Origin: Vicugna vicugna
Lineage: Eukaryota
Length of the DNA stretch: 64,000 nucleotides
Direction of reading: 5' to 3'
Assembly (NCBI GenBank): GCA_013265495.1
Contig: MU058384.1
Location: 2,765,010-2,829,009 of the forward strand
Made by a program: the position numbers and the translations under genes. Positions within the stretch are counted from its first letter, which is position 1, and each line of letters opens with the position of its first letter. Of this stretch, positions 1 through 12,301 are shown in pieces. The notes under the pieces were generated by a model. That model searched no databases. It saw nothing but the letters and a program-made list of their open reading frames with translations, and had not been told where the DNA came from.

Positions 1-25
1 GTGGAAACTATGCCACATTAAAAAA

Positions 26-65
26 AGGAAAGAAGGAAGGAAGGAAGGAAGGAAAAAAAAGAAAG
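26..65. repeat. (GGAA)n purine-rich simple repeat
   Basis: aggaaagaaggaaggaaggaaggaaggaaa seen directly. Confidence 0.9.
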
Positions 66-1049
66 GGTAGAATGCTGCTCAGCTCAGAGTGCTACTTCTG
101 CACTTCCTGACTGAGCAGATTAACAATGAACTTCCAGCTGCAACTGGCTAATTCTTAGCCGAGTGGCCCTGGCGAGGCTCTCTGAGGGTTCCCGGAGGAG
201 CTGTGACTTTCCCACTTGCATAGATTGGTGCTGTCCTCCGCCCATCGCAAAACCGAATTGTTCAAGGAAAACCATTTCGAGCAGCCTGTTTCCAGACTTC
301 TACCCAACTTGTCTCAGTTCAGCTTGTTTGGAACTAAGGAGCTTATGTGTAAAACATGTCTCGTTGTTCATGTTCTTTTACAGTTTTTTGTTCTAAGAAG
401 AAGTTAGGGGAGTTTCTGGAAATACACGAAGAATGGGAGGATGTTACCGACAAGGCAGCTGGTTTTCTTCAGTGTCTCTTTTAGCGGGTCGTTGGAGGAA
501 AGCACTGTTTGGGGCCCTGTGTTTATTTTGGTAACAGAGCAACCCAATCTCTGTCCCTCAGCCTGGAGGGGAGTGAATCATCACAGCATGAGTTAGGACT
601 GGCAGACCAGGTGTAGACAACGCCTACGTTCTAAAATGCAGAACTTTCTCCAAAAAACACCTTCTTCACTGAGCAAAGAAGTTCGGAAACTTGGGCAAAA
701 TGAAGATCCTCAAAGAAGCTTCATGAGGCTTATATTTCATGTCGAGCTGATATGTTGAACACGGATTTCTCATTTGCAGAAATTAACCGATAGGAACTTA
801 TTTTTTCCTTTTGAGTTCTACAGATGTCTTTTGCAAAAGAGAAGCCACCATATAGAATTATCATGTAACATTCTCAGCACAAGGTGAGAGGTCAGATTTT
901 CCCTAGAGAAATGCATACAAAAATGTCCCCACAAATTCATGTTCCAGATGTTAATAGATGTTACCAGAAAAGATTCTATGGTCAAATAACTGCAATAATA
1001 TGTAAGTCTTACCAGTTTCATATATGTTCCAGGCTTTTATTTGACTTTT

Positions 1050-1190
1050 ATAATAATCCTATTAGATAAATGAAGTGTCTCCATTTTAGAGTTTGGGATC
1101 CTAAGGTTTAGAGAGGTTAGTGACTTTCAAAGTAAATAATGGAGCCAACATTCAAACTGGGTCTGTTTGACTCCAAAGTCCATTCTTCCA
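1050..1190 (-). mobile_element. MIR SINE fragment
   Basis: ccattttaga...gagaggttagtgactt...ggagccaacattcaaactgggtctgtttgactccaaagtc resembles the reverse complement of the MIR core. Confidence 0.75.
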
Positions 1191-1347
1191 CCCATATACA
1201 AATATACTTGGGAAATACAGAAGCAAGTACAGTGTAAAGAATTTTTTTTATTACCATATAAATTTCTGAACTATTAATGTGCTAAAATGAATTACAAGTC
1301 ATCAAGAGGTTTTGACAACAGAACACTTTTTCTTTTTCATGGCACCC

Positions 1348-1815
1348 TGCCTTACTTTGGATTCCTGAGACAAGGACTTGGGGTAGGTAGTTTATTTGGG
1401 AGGTGACCCCAGGAGGCAAAAATGAACATGAGAAGAGGATAAAAGCTTAGGATAAAAGACAATCAAGTGTGTGTTTAGAGTCAGATCAACAAGTTGGGGC
1501 TCAGGATTGCTGAGGAGCTGTGGAGCGTGCACCTCAAAATAGTTCTACTGAAGGATGCAGAGGCTGGGTTATTTACCCAATGGCTGTCGCCCCTTCTTGC
1601 TGAGACTGGCTCCTGAAGTTTAAATCCCAGCCTGTCTGGGCCGCCCCGTGCGCAGGTTGAGCACATTCCCAAGCACCAGGTAAAGCTCTCGGGCCAAGGG
1701 GCAGGGAGACAGACATTTGGGGAGGAGCACTGTCGGTGACAAGGCAACTGTCGCTGCAGCTGCAGGGCCAGACATGGGCCATGGAGACCTGGTGGGACGT
1801 CAGCACTGTCTGCTG
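1348..1815 (-). mobile_element. ERVL LTR, LTR16/LTR33-like
   Basis: cctgagacaaggacttggggtaggtagtttatttgggaggtgaccccagg resembles the reverse complement of the LTR16/33 3' end; ends gtgggacgtcagcactgtctgctgt. Confidence 0.75.
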
Positions 1816-2339
1816 TTTAAACCACCCCCCCGCCCCCCCCCCATCCTGGCTTTGCTCAGAGCCTCCCTGACCTGCACTGAGCAGGCTCTGATATTGATGC
1901 TTTATGGTAGTTGAAGGCCATAGTCTCTAAGCATTATTGAAAAATGAGAAGATGAGTGAAATAAATTACAGTCCTCATAGCTGCAGCTACTGCTGAGGCT
2001 TTAACTGATATTTTGTAATAGCGACTATCTCCCTTTGTGATGATCAAAGTTAATTAACCCCAGTACAATAACTCTGATTATTGGCCTGTTGGTTCCCATG
2101 CATGAGGAACACGAAGGCACCTGCGGCAGCAGCTTTAGGTGCTTGTCCTGTCCCCTGGCTGAAGCACATCCCCTTGAAGACCCAGCCCTTGAATTCTTCA
2201 GAACCTAACATTTCTATCAGCAGGAGCACAAATAGGACACTGGGTACAAGGTGTCTGACTTGTACCGGGGACTGACTCCAGCCCTGAAAGGTCTGTGAGC
2301 TGGGACCCTAGCTGAGATTATAAAAGGTTGTTTTAATAT

Positions 2340-3450
2340 CTTATCAGTCTGGCAGCTCTGGGAGATGCAGTAAACAGAAAGATCAGTAGATCTCATGGTC
2401 ATGTGCCCATTGTCACACCTTTACTTCCTTAGTTTAAGGAAATGTTATACAGGATCTCGTATCTATAACTCAGCAACTCCATAAATCCCTGGATACTGTG
2501 CTAGCAGGGGCACTGCAGGCAGGGAATGGAGATGGAAATAAACATCAACCCTGTGGGATGAATGACTGCCCCCTTCCGGATGGGAGGGGCTGATGCAATC
2601 AACCTGTCTCTAAGTGGGTGGTTTATTTTTTGAGAGGTGGTTCATTCCACCAACTCATCTCTCAAGCCAACATCCCCAAAGCCCATTCTTATATATATTC
2701 CCTCAGTGCCTCCTGGCTGTATCAGCCAGGTCCTGCAGCTCTTTTGGTGGAAAAGCCATTTCTTCTTGTAGCTTTCCTTTCCTTTTCAGGATATTCTAAG
2801 ACTTCAACCTCATCACCGGTCTAGAAGCAACGAGGGAAGAAACAATGAGGAGGACATGAGCATCTTGTGAGGCATCTGCCTCAGGGAGGCCTTTGTATGG
2901 TTCCAGGTGATGGGAGGTCACTTCCTCTGCTCAGAGGGAGGGTATCACACTGCCAATCTGGAGTTTTGCACCCAATGTTTGAATCCCACGTCTTAGAGTC
3001 TAACTCTTTCCCTATCAGGGCCTGATTTTTAACATGGGAGACCTAGGACTGTGCTTGCAGCCTCCTTTGTAGGTCTATCATCCTTGTATGGATGCAGGAG
3101 GTAAGGATCTCTTTAGATGCTTCCATGAAGGACCTCTGGCTTTCACAATGTTCCACCGTGAGTCAATGGTTGGTTGATCTGATCTTTTTAGTTGCTTTCT
3201 TCAGCAATTCCATGATCCTTATCATTACTATTGCCCCCAGATCTTATCCTTCAAGTGTCACAGAGAGCATTTAAGCCAGTGCTTCCTCGTCCATTTCAAC
3301 CCACAACAGGTGAGCATTTCAGGAACTGTGATGCTTAGGCTGTCAGGAGTTATCACAACTGCACGTACCACCAACAATTCCGTTCTCGTTGCCATTTGAC
3401 TGGAGAGAGCCAATCATAGGCTCCATCCTGAGACCACTTCCAGAATCACT
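2340..3450 (-). mobile_element. Decayed ERVL (ERV3-16A3-like) internal sequence: PBS/leader and gag remnant
   Basis: On the minus strand, agtgattctggaagtggtc directly follows the LTR (degenerate ERVL PBS region). Around 2670-2765 the minus strand reads EMAFPPKELQDLAD, resembling the ERVL gag YTxKEL motif. Left boundary uncertain. Confidence 0.6.
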
Positions 3451-3927
3451 TGTCTTAGTTTGGTTTTCCCTAGAGGTAGAAGCTGCAACAAAGATTTAGG
3501 TGTAGGTAGTATTTGGGAGGCGATCCCAGGAATCTCAAATGAGGACGTGATGAAAGTGATATAGGGAAAGGAGGAAAATGGATTAAGTGGGTTCACGTTA
3601 TTACTACTGGTTACTACCGTTGGCAACTGGGGCTCAGTCCTGCCATGGACCCTCTGAGCAACCAAATAGAACTGTGGCATGAGAGATGGAGAAGCTGGAG
3701 TATTTATCAACTGATCTCCGTCCCTTCATGACTGAGAGTTCTCTTGGGCATTAAATCCTCAGCACTTCAGAGGAGTCTTGTGCACGGACTGAGCAAGCTG
3801 GCCAAATCCCTCAGGCCAAGAGGCAGAGAGACACAGCTGCTTGGGGTGTGCTTGGGAACCGTCCACCACAGCTGTGGAGGAAACTCAGAAGTGCGCCAAG
3901 GGGCTGTCATGATGGGCATTCGCTACA
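3451..3927 (-). mobile_element. ERVL LTR, LTR16-like (5' LTR of the remnant provirus)
   Basis: Begins TGTCTTAG, contains gtagtatttgggaggcgatcccagg, ends cgctACA (TG...CA termini). Confidence 0.8.
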
Positions 3928-4282
3928 CAGACTTATCATCATGTAACAGAGGTCTGACTGTGAAACGCACCTCTGAATTATTCACCCCATTTACTTCCAG
4001 TGCTTCTCATAGCCCATAGGGCTAAACTGCAACTCAACAGCATGGTTTAGAAAACCCTCCATGATCTGGTTCTGTCTGCCTTTCTAGGCTCATGTTTTGA
4101 AAGTCATTCCTCTCCCAGCCGCTGTCTTACCCCATACGCACACACACACCATCACTGCAGTCAACATTCTGGCCATAGCCAACTTCTTGCAGTTCCCTGG
4201 TATTTCATTTCTCTATGCTAGCTTCCTCATTTCCTCTGCCAAGAATGACCTTTCTTGGTTTTTGCCTATCAAAGTCTTTCCA

Positions 4283-4365
4283 GGATAGTGGTGATGATTG
4301 TACATCATTGTGAATCTACTTAATATCGCTGGGTTATACACTTAAAGTGATTAAAATGGTTAAAT
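4283..4365 (+). mobile_element. L1M 3'-end fragment
   Basis: ggatagtggtgatgattgtacatcattgtgaatctacttaat...tacacttaaa...aaaatggttaaa. Confidence 0.7.
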
Positions 4366-4580
4366 GTATAGATACCATCCTAAAAATATATTGTAAAAAT
4401 ACAAAAAAAATATTCTGGGCCCCTATTCTGCCAAAAAAAATTCCCTTCTGTCATTATTTAGATAAAACAGCACACCTCCTAGGAAACCATCTCCTAGGAA
4501 ACCACATCCCCCAACTGAATGGAGCCTTCTTCTTTCTGCATCCTACATTTGAGCCAGGTACCACTTGGAGGGTTCCTATC

Positions 4581-5070
4581 TGTGATGATTAATTTTATGT
4601 GTCAACTTAGCTGAGCCATGGGGTGACCGAATCTTTAGTTAAACATGATTCTGGTTGTGTGTGTGGGTACAGCTGGATGAGATTAACATTTGATTCAGTG
4701 GACTGAGTAAAAGAAATTGCTCTCTCCAAAGTCGGTAGGCCTCACCCAATGTGTTGAAGGCCCTGAATAGAACAAAACAAAAATGCTGAGTCGGAGAAAA
4801 CTTACTATCTCTGTCTGGCTATCTTCAACCAGGGACATTGGTTTCCTGCCTTTGGTCTTGGACTCAGACTAGAACTTATACCCATGGCTCTCCCAATTCT
4901 CAGGCCTTCCCTTCAGTCTCAGATTGAAACTTATACTGATGGCTCTCCTGGGTCTTCAGTTTGCCAGCTGCAGACTTCTCAATCTCCACAACTGTATGGG
5001 CCAATTCCTAATAATAAATTATGTACATGTCCTAATGATTCGTTTTCCCTGAAAAACCCAAACTGATACA
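4581..5070 (+). mobile_element. MLT2-type ERVL solo LTR
   Basis: TGTGATGATTAATTTTATGTGTCAACTT start and aaacccaaactgatACA end; near-perfect 5-bp TSD ctatc/ccatc. Confidence 0.9.
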
Positions 5071-5431
5071 CCATCCCTTGCATTGTAAGCAGAATGTTCT
5101 TGAAGAAGACAAATTCAAAGGCTGTTGAAAGCTCAGAGTAATACTCCCTCAGATTTCGTCAAACTCCCTTGGATTTAATTGTTTCCATTTCTCCTCTGCC
5201 CCTGTAGCAACTCGACTCCTATTTTGTTCCAAAATCTGCCTGAGTGCAGAACTAAACAGCATTTAGTGTTGTTACAAGGTCCTGAAGACCACCAAGAACT
5301 TCACAATGTTCATGACCTTCACTGATGATTTGAGGGGGAGCTGGGGGCATGGTCACAGTGAAGAGCATTCAGATGTCTTATGCATTTATCTTCCCTCATC
5401 CTCTCTCTTTTGTTTATTTAATTTTGTTGTT

Positions 5432-5620
5432 GTTTTTTTTCTGGAGGCAGTCATTAGGTTTATTTATTTATATATATATTTAATTTTATTTTTTATTGAA
5501 GGATAGTTGATTTACAATGTTAGTTTCAATTTATATATTTTAATGGAGGTGCTAGAGATTGAACCCAGTACCTCATGCATGCTAAGCACACGCTATACCA
5601 CTGAGCTATATGCTCCCCCC
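5432..5620 (-). mobile_element. Camelid-type tRNA(Ala)-derived SINE (vic-1-like) with a nested L1 tail fragment
   Basis: Reverse complement reads gggggagcatatagctcagtggtatagcgtgtgcttagcatgcatgaggtactgggttcaatctctagcacctcc (A/B boxes) plus an A-rich tail. Confidence 0.85.
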
Positions 5621-5799
5621 ATTCTCTCCCTTTTAAAATCTCCCAAAAGATCCAAATTCTTCTTTAATATTATCCAGAATTGTACCCTCCTTTCCCTGAA
5701 GCCCTGACACTAGCTAGCGGCCAAGCCCTGGACCATGTAGGCTCACCACATCCTTCTTATTCCATCTCACTGCTTGCGTATGAAACAAAATAACACAGC

Positions 5800-6002
5800 T
5801 ACTGTGAGTAGTGGTGTCAGACATCTTTGTCAGACATTAATAACTGTGTGATAATCAACAAATATTTAATAGCATTAATATTTATTGTTTTCTCTTTAAA
5901 ATGGGGTTAATTATATTTTTTGTGACAATTAGTTGAAAGAAAATATGAAGATAGCTTAGTCCAATGCCTGACAGATACAAAGTGTTAAACAAGTTAGAGC
6001 TC
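5800..6002 (+). mobile_element. Degraded MIR
   Basis: aaaatggggttaatt...tgtgacaatt...gcttagtccaatgcctgacagatacaaagtgttaaacaagttag. Confidence 0.55.
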
Positions 6003-6804
6003 CTGTGATTTGTAGGTAGTGGGGATTGTTCTTTGATATCTTTTCTAGCATTGTTTCCCCCCATAACCTTGTTTTACTGGGGCTCTCTCTCAACTAGGGT
6101 TGAGAATAGGAATCAAGGAGGGGCAGAAATCACAGAGAAATAAAGAGCGGTGTGTATGGCATTCACCACTTCAGAGAGAGGATAGAAAACAACAAAATGA
6201 AGAAGTAATCGGTCAGTTCTGAGTCTCAAAGCTGTTTTTCTTGAGTCTCTTGAGTTGTGAAATCAGCCTACTTGGGAGAATTGCTATATTCTAAAAGTTC
6301 CAATCACATGTCAAGAGCAAAGCACGGAAGTCTGATTATAAAGCTCTACTCTAAGGCTTAGACAGAGACAACTTAGGATGTGACTTAGAGAGAATTTAGG
6401 ACTTAATGAACTTAATAAGTTTCCACTGAACAGCAAGAACAAGAAAGTCTTCTGCTAGAAAAGAGGGCTTGTGGGTGGAAGTAGAGGGTAGACGGAGGCA
6501 AGTGGTCAGGTTTAAAAATCCCACTTCCCCTCCTGGGATAAAGATCTGGGTTGAGAAGAGGCATCAGGAGAGGTTGAAGTCTCAGAGAAGCAGAGAGAGA
6601 AGCTCATAGTGTGTAGAGGGGTGTGTGGTATCACGTGCCCTGCTTTCCCCTGAAAGCTTTAGAAGGAAGCCATCTCTCAGCTTGCCTGGTGGCGTGGAAG
6701 GGATTCCATTCCTCCCCACCCCTGATCCCACTAGGTTACCAGGCAATGCTGAGGGTAGATAAAGGGGCCATCTAATTATCTCATGGGTTCTGGGGCTAGA
6801 AAAA

Positions 6805-7037
6805 TGGCTCACCTTTATTAAGCATGTTTTGTCTTACAGATACATTCTATGTGCCTTTAGGTGCATTATCTCCTTCCGTCTTCCTGACCACCCAACAAGA
6901 TAGATAATGTATTTTACAGTCCCCATTTTACAGATGAAGGGATCAAGGCATACAGAAGTTAGGTGACTTGCCTAGAATCTCAGAACTAGTAAGTGCCAGG
7001 GCTGGGGCTCAGCCTCAGGCCATCTGGTCTATGCTTT
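6805..7037 (-). mobile_element. MIR SINE
   Basis: ccccattttacagatgaagggatcaaggcatacagaagttaggtgacttgcctagaatctcagaactagtaagtg. Confidence 0.85.
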
Positions 7038-7185
7038 CAGCCACCTCCGCCACATCGCCATTTAAGGGTACAGGTTTTGACAGCACTAGCTGAAGCCAAG
7101 GAGGGCCAGGTCAGCAGCAGTTGATGGCCGACATCCCTGAGAAACTGTCCCCATGCCAAGAAAACAGACTCCAGGGATGGGCCTT

Positions 7186-7710
7186 TGTTAGAGGAGATAG
7201 AAGAAAATAAAGCTCCATTAGGGAGATTATGATCCATCAGTTATGAAGACCACTCCTCCCCACAAATAGTAAATGCTCCCTGCACCCCGTTGTCTTCCTG
7301 GGAAGGGGGAGATGGATCAGACTCCCTTGCCGAAAGGATGAAACAAAGAAGTGTGAACTTTGGATAACTAGGTATCCAAAGGTTTAAAATTAAGTATTCT
7401 AAAGGATTAAGTTCCCCTAGGAGAGATGTTAAACCAGAACAGGATAAGTTATCTTTTGTTGACAAATTTAAGTCTAATTCCACCTCCCCTCACTTTCCCG
7501 CCATCACCAAAAGGCAAGCTGAGATCAGTTATGGAAAATACAAGAGCTACACATTGTGAGGCGCGCTTGCTTTGCTCACTCACAGCGTGTAAATCAGCTC
7601 TTCTGCACTATGTCTCTATTGCACATGGTAATCTGCCAACTCCCTAAGGGTGCTGTGCGTGTATCTTATTTGTTTCTTGTTGTCTGCACAGGGCAGGTCT
7701 GGTCCATAAT
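7186..7710. mobile_element. Possible lineage-specific ERV solo LTR
   Basis: Abrupt TGTTAG start with aagctccatt motif and LTR-like composition; no TSD or CA end confirmed. Confidence 0.3.
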
Positions 7711-7959
7711 GGTGCTCATTATTGCCTCTTAAAGGAATGAATGAATAAATGAATCCCTTAGAGTATTTGCCTCTGTGGTCCCCCAAAGTCACTTTAATCA
7801 ACTACTGAGTCATCTGCCATCACTGTGGATTGTCCTTATTCAGTAAAGAGTTTCTTGTTACCCAGCAGCAGCTGTAGCAGGGAACCTCCTTGAGAAGGTG
7901 TGGTTGCTAATTTTTCTGTTGCCTGTGTTATTAGTGGTGACTTCTTAGTAAATTATTCC

Positions 7960-8095
7960 CTTATGTTGGGGACTTAGATTTTATAATACCTTTGCCACTA
8001 TCAAGACATGCTACAATAAACAGTTTTGCGCATTTGCATGTACCCACTAGATTTCTTTCTTTGGGAATAGATTCCTAGGAGTGGAACTGGTAGGT
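7960..8095 (-). mobile_element. Old L1 (L1MC/ME) fragment
   Basis: catgctacaataaacagtttt...gggaatagattcctaggagtggaactgg. Confidence 0.65.
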
Positions 8096-8111
8096 TATAT
8101 TTGAATGAGAG

Positions 8112-8525
8112 CTAGCATGATGCTGTAAAAGGCACAGACTTTGCTGTCAAATACAGGTAACTCTTGAACATTGCAGGGTGGATGCTGTTAGGGGTACTTA
8201 CCCTCCGCAGTCAAAATCTGTATATAATTTATAGTCGACCCTTTGTAACTATGTTCCTCTGTATCCACATCCTGGATTAAACCCACCTCAGATCGTGTAC
8301 TATTTACTACTGAAACCAATCCCCTATAAGTGGACCCATGCAGTTCAAACCCCTGTAGTTGAAGGTAGAATCTAACATTTTTACTGGTTATTGGCATAGC
8401 TCAAGCTAGGGGTTTGACTTCACTGATGCTCAGTTAACTTACACACAAAATGGAAAAATATGCCAATCTCATAGGTTTGCTAAAATGATGAAATGAGATA
8501 TTCCAGGACCTGCCACATAATCAGG
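8112..8525 (+). mobile_element. MIR interrupted by a Tigger element
   Basis: tagcatgatgctgtaaaaggcacagactttgctgtcaaa ... aaaatggaaaata...ctcataggtttgc...aaatgagata. Confidence 0.55.
8154..8373. mobile_element. Tigger2-derived non-autonomous DNA transposon
   Basis: TA + caggtaactcttgaaca left end; tataagtggacccatgcagttcaaacccctgtagttgaagg right end resembles the Tigger2 terminal repeat. Confidence 0.8.
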
Positions 8526-8689
8526 GCTCCCTTCATCTTACAGTTTTTGAAATACACGGCCACAGTGCTTCTAAGGTCCTTCTAGGGCTAGCAGTGCTAG
8601 GTGTTTCCTCTTTGTCATGCAGTCATTAAAAATGATACATATATATGTGTGTTTGTATGAAAAACAATTAGTATATAATGATTTAAAGA

Positions 8690-9635
8690 TTTCTAGAAAT
8701 GAATTAGGAAAAGAAAATACAAGAGAAAAATAGGCAAGAATATGAACAGGTAACTCAGAAATTGAGAACCTAAAAGGCCAAACATAAAAAAGATAGTTAA
8801 CTTCATTAATTTTTAGATAAATGACAATTAAACAATATGCTATTTCATAACCACTAGACTGGCAAAATCAGAGATCTTAAGGTGACAAAACTTACTCTGG
8901 AAGGTTACTTACACTGCTCATAAACTGCTGGTGAGAGTGAGAACTGCCTTAATAATCTGGAGGAACATGTTGTAATATCAAGAACAGTTGAAGGTGTGCT
9001 TATCCTATGACCAGAAAGTCAATTTCTGGGCTTATATCTCAGAGAAACTCTCTGATATGTACACTAGGAGAGAGGTAGAGACAACTTCTTTGAAACAATT
9101 TTTGTAATAGCAACAAATTGGAAACAACCCAGATGTCCATCAATAGGGGATTATGTACATTTTAGATAAATAAAATTTAAATGATGGAATACTAGACAGC
9201 AGGTAAAACTAATGAACTAGAGCTATTGGTCTCAACACAGAAAAATTTAAACAGTTTTATGTGAAAAATACAGTTGCAGACTAATTCATGCATTATGAAA
9301 ATATTTACAAAAGATTAAAAACCCACGAAGCATATACTATATTGTTTATGGGTATTTTTGTATGTAACAAAAGCATAAAACACGGAAATATATTCACCAA
9401 ATTTATGATTTAGTTGCCCTTAGGGAAGGTGAAAGGAAATTAAACTGGGGAGGAGAATGAAAGAGACTTCAATTTGTCTATAACATTCTATTTCTTTTAT
9501 TCATATAAAAGAAAACCTGAGGCAAAAATAACAGAATGTTAGTTTTTTTTTTCAATTGTGTTTGGTGGACACAGAAATATATATGTTATACTCTTTATAC
9601 TTTTCTACAAATTAAAACATTTCCAAATAAGAAAT
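8690..9635 (+). mobile_element. Old L1 (L1ME-like) 3' region
   Basis: taggcaagaatatgaacagg; ccactagactggcaaaa; gtaatagcaacaaattggaaacaacccagatgtccatcaataggg; atggaatactagacagca. Confidence 0.8.
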
Positions 9636-10126
9636 GTATTTCTGTAACAAACAAAACAGAAATTTTGTTAAGCAGCTTACAATCATTCTGCAGTTCTCAC
9701 CATTTAAAAAATTGTAAAAACCTTTTCATGACAGCATTGTAAAAGCAAGTATGTCAGTATCATTTATTTTTTAAACTTAATGCTTATTAACTGATTTCCA
9801 GAAACATTGCAAATATTTTTTCAGGGTTTTTTAATGTCTTTTTAAAAAACAAGTCAAAATGATACTTATGCTGAGTTAAAAAGTCATATAAGACAAAAGC
9901 TTATCATGGAAACAGTAGGCTCGACCCATTGTCTCCTCACTCTTTGTGAACAGGTTTCTGAAACAATCATGGAAAGTCATTGTAGCTGTTTCTTCTAATA
10001 TTTACCTCCATCTTTCAAAGTAATGTGCTTTTTCCCCCTTGTTTTTAAATTTTATATTGACCTCTTACTGCGGAAGATAAGGGTATAAGTCTTTTATATC
10101 CATCTCACACTCGCCTACATACGCAG

Positions 10127-10128
<2 letters not shown>

Positions 10129-10169
<41 letters not shown>
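10129..10169. repeat. (CA)n microsatellite
   Basis: About 20 AC units seen directly. Confidence 0.95.
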
Positions 10170-10172
<3 letters not shown>

Positions 10173-11398
10173 GCATGTATGTACACCTACAGACATTTCT
10201 CTTCTTCCCAATTTCCCAGTGGTGTTATGTCACTATTTTTGGTTACATTAGTATTCATATTTTATATTACTATGATTATGTAAGTGTAGTCCTCAGCTGA
10301 GTCTCATAGTAAATGATTTCATTTCCTTCCTTTTACAACTCTTTGTTTTTACTGGAATTAATTCTCGCCTCATTTTTCATTTGCTCAGAATTTTAGGTTG
10401 GAAATAATTTCTCTCAGAAGTTGAATATATTATTTTTCTCAAAATTTTGAAGGCATTCATTCTAGATTCCATATTGTTCTTGAGTAGTCAGATGCCACTT
10501 TGATTTCTAATCCTTTGCTTGTAACTCATTTTTTTTCATCTCTGGAAGATTTTAGTACTTTATTTCCATGTTCTGAAATTCACAATGTGCCTTAGTGTCA
10601 ATATTTATCCAGTTGTGGTTTCCTTCTCTGTTCTCTCCTTCTGTAACTCCTATTCATCATATGTTGGACCTCCTAGTTGGATCTTCTAATTTTCTGTCCT
10701 TTTCTCTCTGTTTTCCATCTCTTTGCCTTTTTACTCTTCCTTTGCAGTGATTTTTCTCAATGTTAATCTCTCAATCTTTTTGTGGAATCTAACCATTTCT
10801 CTTCTAACATATATTTAATTTCCAAGAGCTTTTTCTTACTAATTACTCCTCTTTTTTAAAAGATTATCATCCTGTCTTATTTTGTGGAAGCAAAATCTTC
10901 CCTCACTTTCCATATGACATTCATAGTAAGTTTTTGAAGTTTACTTCTGGTCCCATCCATGTATCTTTTTCTTTGAATTCTTTTCTTTTTTTTTTTTTGT
11001 ATTTTATGTATGTATTTTGGTCCCTATATTTCAATTTTGAGGATTTTCTTGGATTTTTGATGATCCTTGGTTATTTACTTATATTTCAGAGACAGATACA
11101 AAAATTTTTGGTTTGGAAGCTCCATGTATGTTGAATGGGCTCAACTAGTGGTCCTCACCAGAGATAAAGGAGGTGAGTCTGGTTGTTGCATTGGAAGACT
11201 CCAAATGGCAAATATGTGTAAATCTTTTTTCTTGGGTTGGTCAGTTTTCCTGGAGCAGAATTTTCCTATCTCTTGCCTAGAAGTCAGTGGCCCAGTTTCT
11301 ATTATTCTAGGAGCCAGTGGAAGAATGGGCTGGGACATTCAACACTTATTATGTAGCCCTTAACATAATCCACCTGTTTTCAGCATGTGCTTTATTTT

Positions 11399-12301
11399 TT
11401 TTTATTCAAGTATAGTTGATTTACAATGTTGTGTAAGTTTCTAGAGTACAGCATTGTGATTCAATTATACATATATATACATATTATTCTTTTTCAGTCT
11501 TTCTCATTATAGGTTTTTACAAATATTGGATGTTGTTCCCTGTACAGTAAGATGTTGTTTATATATTTTATATATAGTAGTTTGTATATGCTAATCCAAA
11601 ACTCCTAATTTAACCCTCCCCCACCCCCTTTCAACTCCTTTGGTAACCGTAAGTTTGTTTTCTACGTCTGTGAGTCTCTGTTTTGTAAATAAGTTCATTT
11701 TTGTCATTTTTTTTAGGTTCCACATATAAGTGATATCATATGTTTGTCTTTCTTTGACTTATTTCACTTAGTATGATAATTTCTAGGTCCATCCATGTTG
11801 CTGCAAATGGCATTATTTCATTCTTTTTATGGCTGAGTAGTATTCTGGTGTGTGTATGTGTGTGTGTGTGTGTGTGTGTGCATATATATATATACACACA
11901 CAACTTCTTTATCCAATCATCTGTCAGTGGATGTTTAGTTTGCTTCCATGTCTTGGCTTCTGTAAATACTGCTGCCATGAACATTGGAGTACATGCATCT
12001 TCTCAAACTAGAGTTTCTTCTGGATATATGCCCAGGAGTGGGATTGCTGGTAATTCTATTTTTAATTTTTAAAGGAATCTCTATGGTGTTTTCCATAGTG
12101 GCTGCACCAAATTACATTCTCACCAGCAGTGTAGGAGGGTTCCCTTTTCTCCACATCCTCTCCAGCATTTACCATTTGTGGACTTTTTAATGATGGTCAC
12201 TCTGACTGGTGTGAGGTGATACCTCATTGTAGTTTTCATTTGCATTTCTCTGATAATTAGCGATATTGAGCATCTTTTCATGTGCCTAGTAGCCATCTGT
12301 A
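11399..12301 (-). mobile_element. Young cetartiodactyl/camelid-type L1, 5'-truncated
   Basis: L1 3'UTR and ORF2 C-terminus ([18 protein letters not shown]) on the minus strand; perfect TSD cagcatgtgctttatttt at 11381 and 12302; internal (TG)n at 11848-11880. Confidence 0.95.

Noticed and set aside
4474..4505. Short tandem duplications (ctcctaggaaacca x2; also ~41547-41577, ~15631-15663, ~58284-58320)
   Set aside because: Ordinary slippage-type duplications, mostly within or beside repeats, with no functional indication
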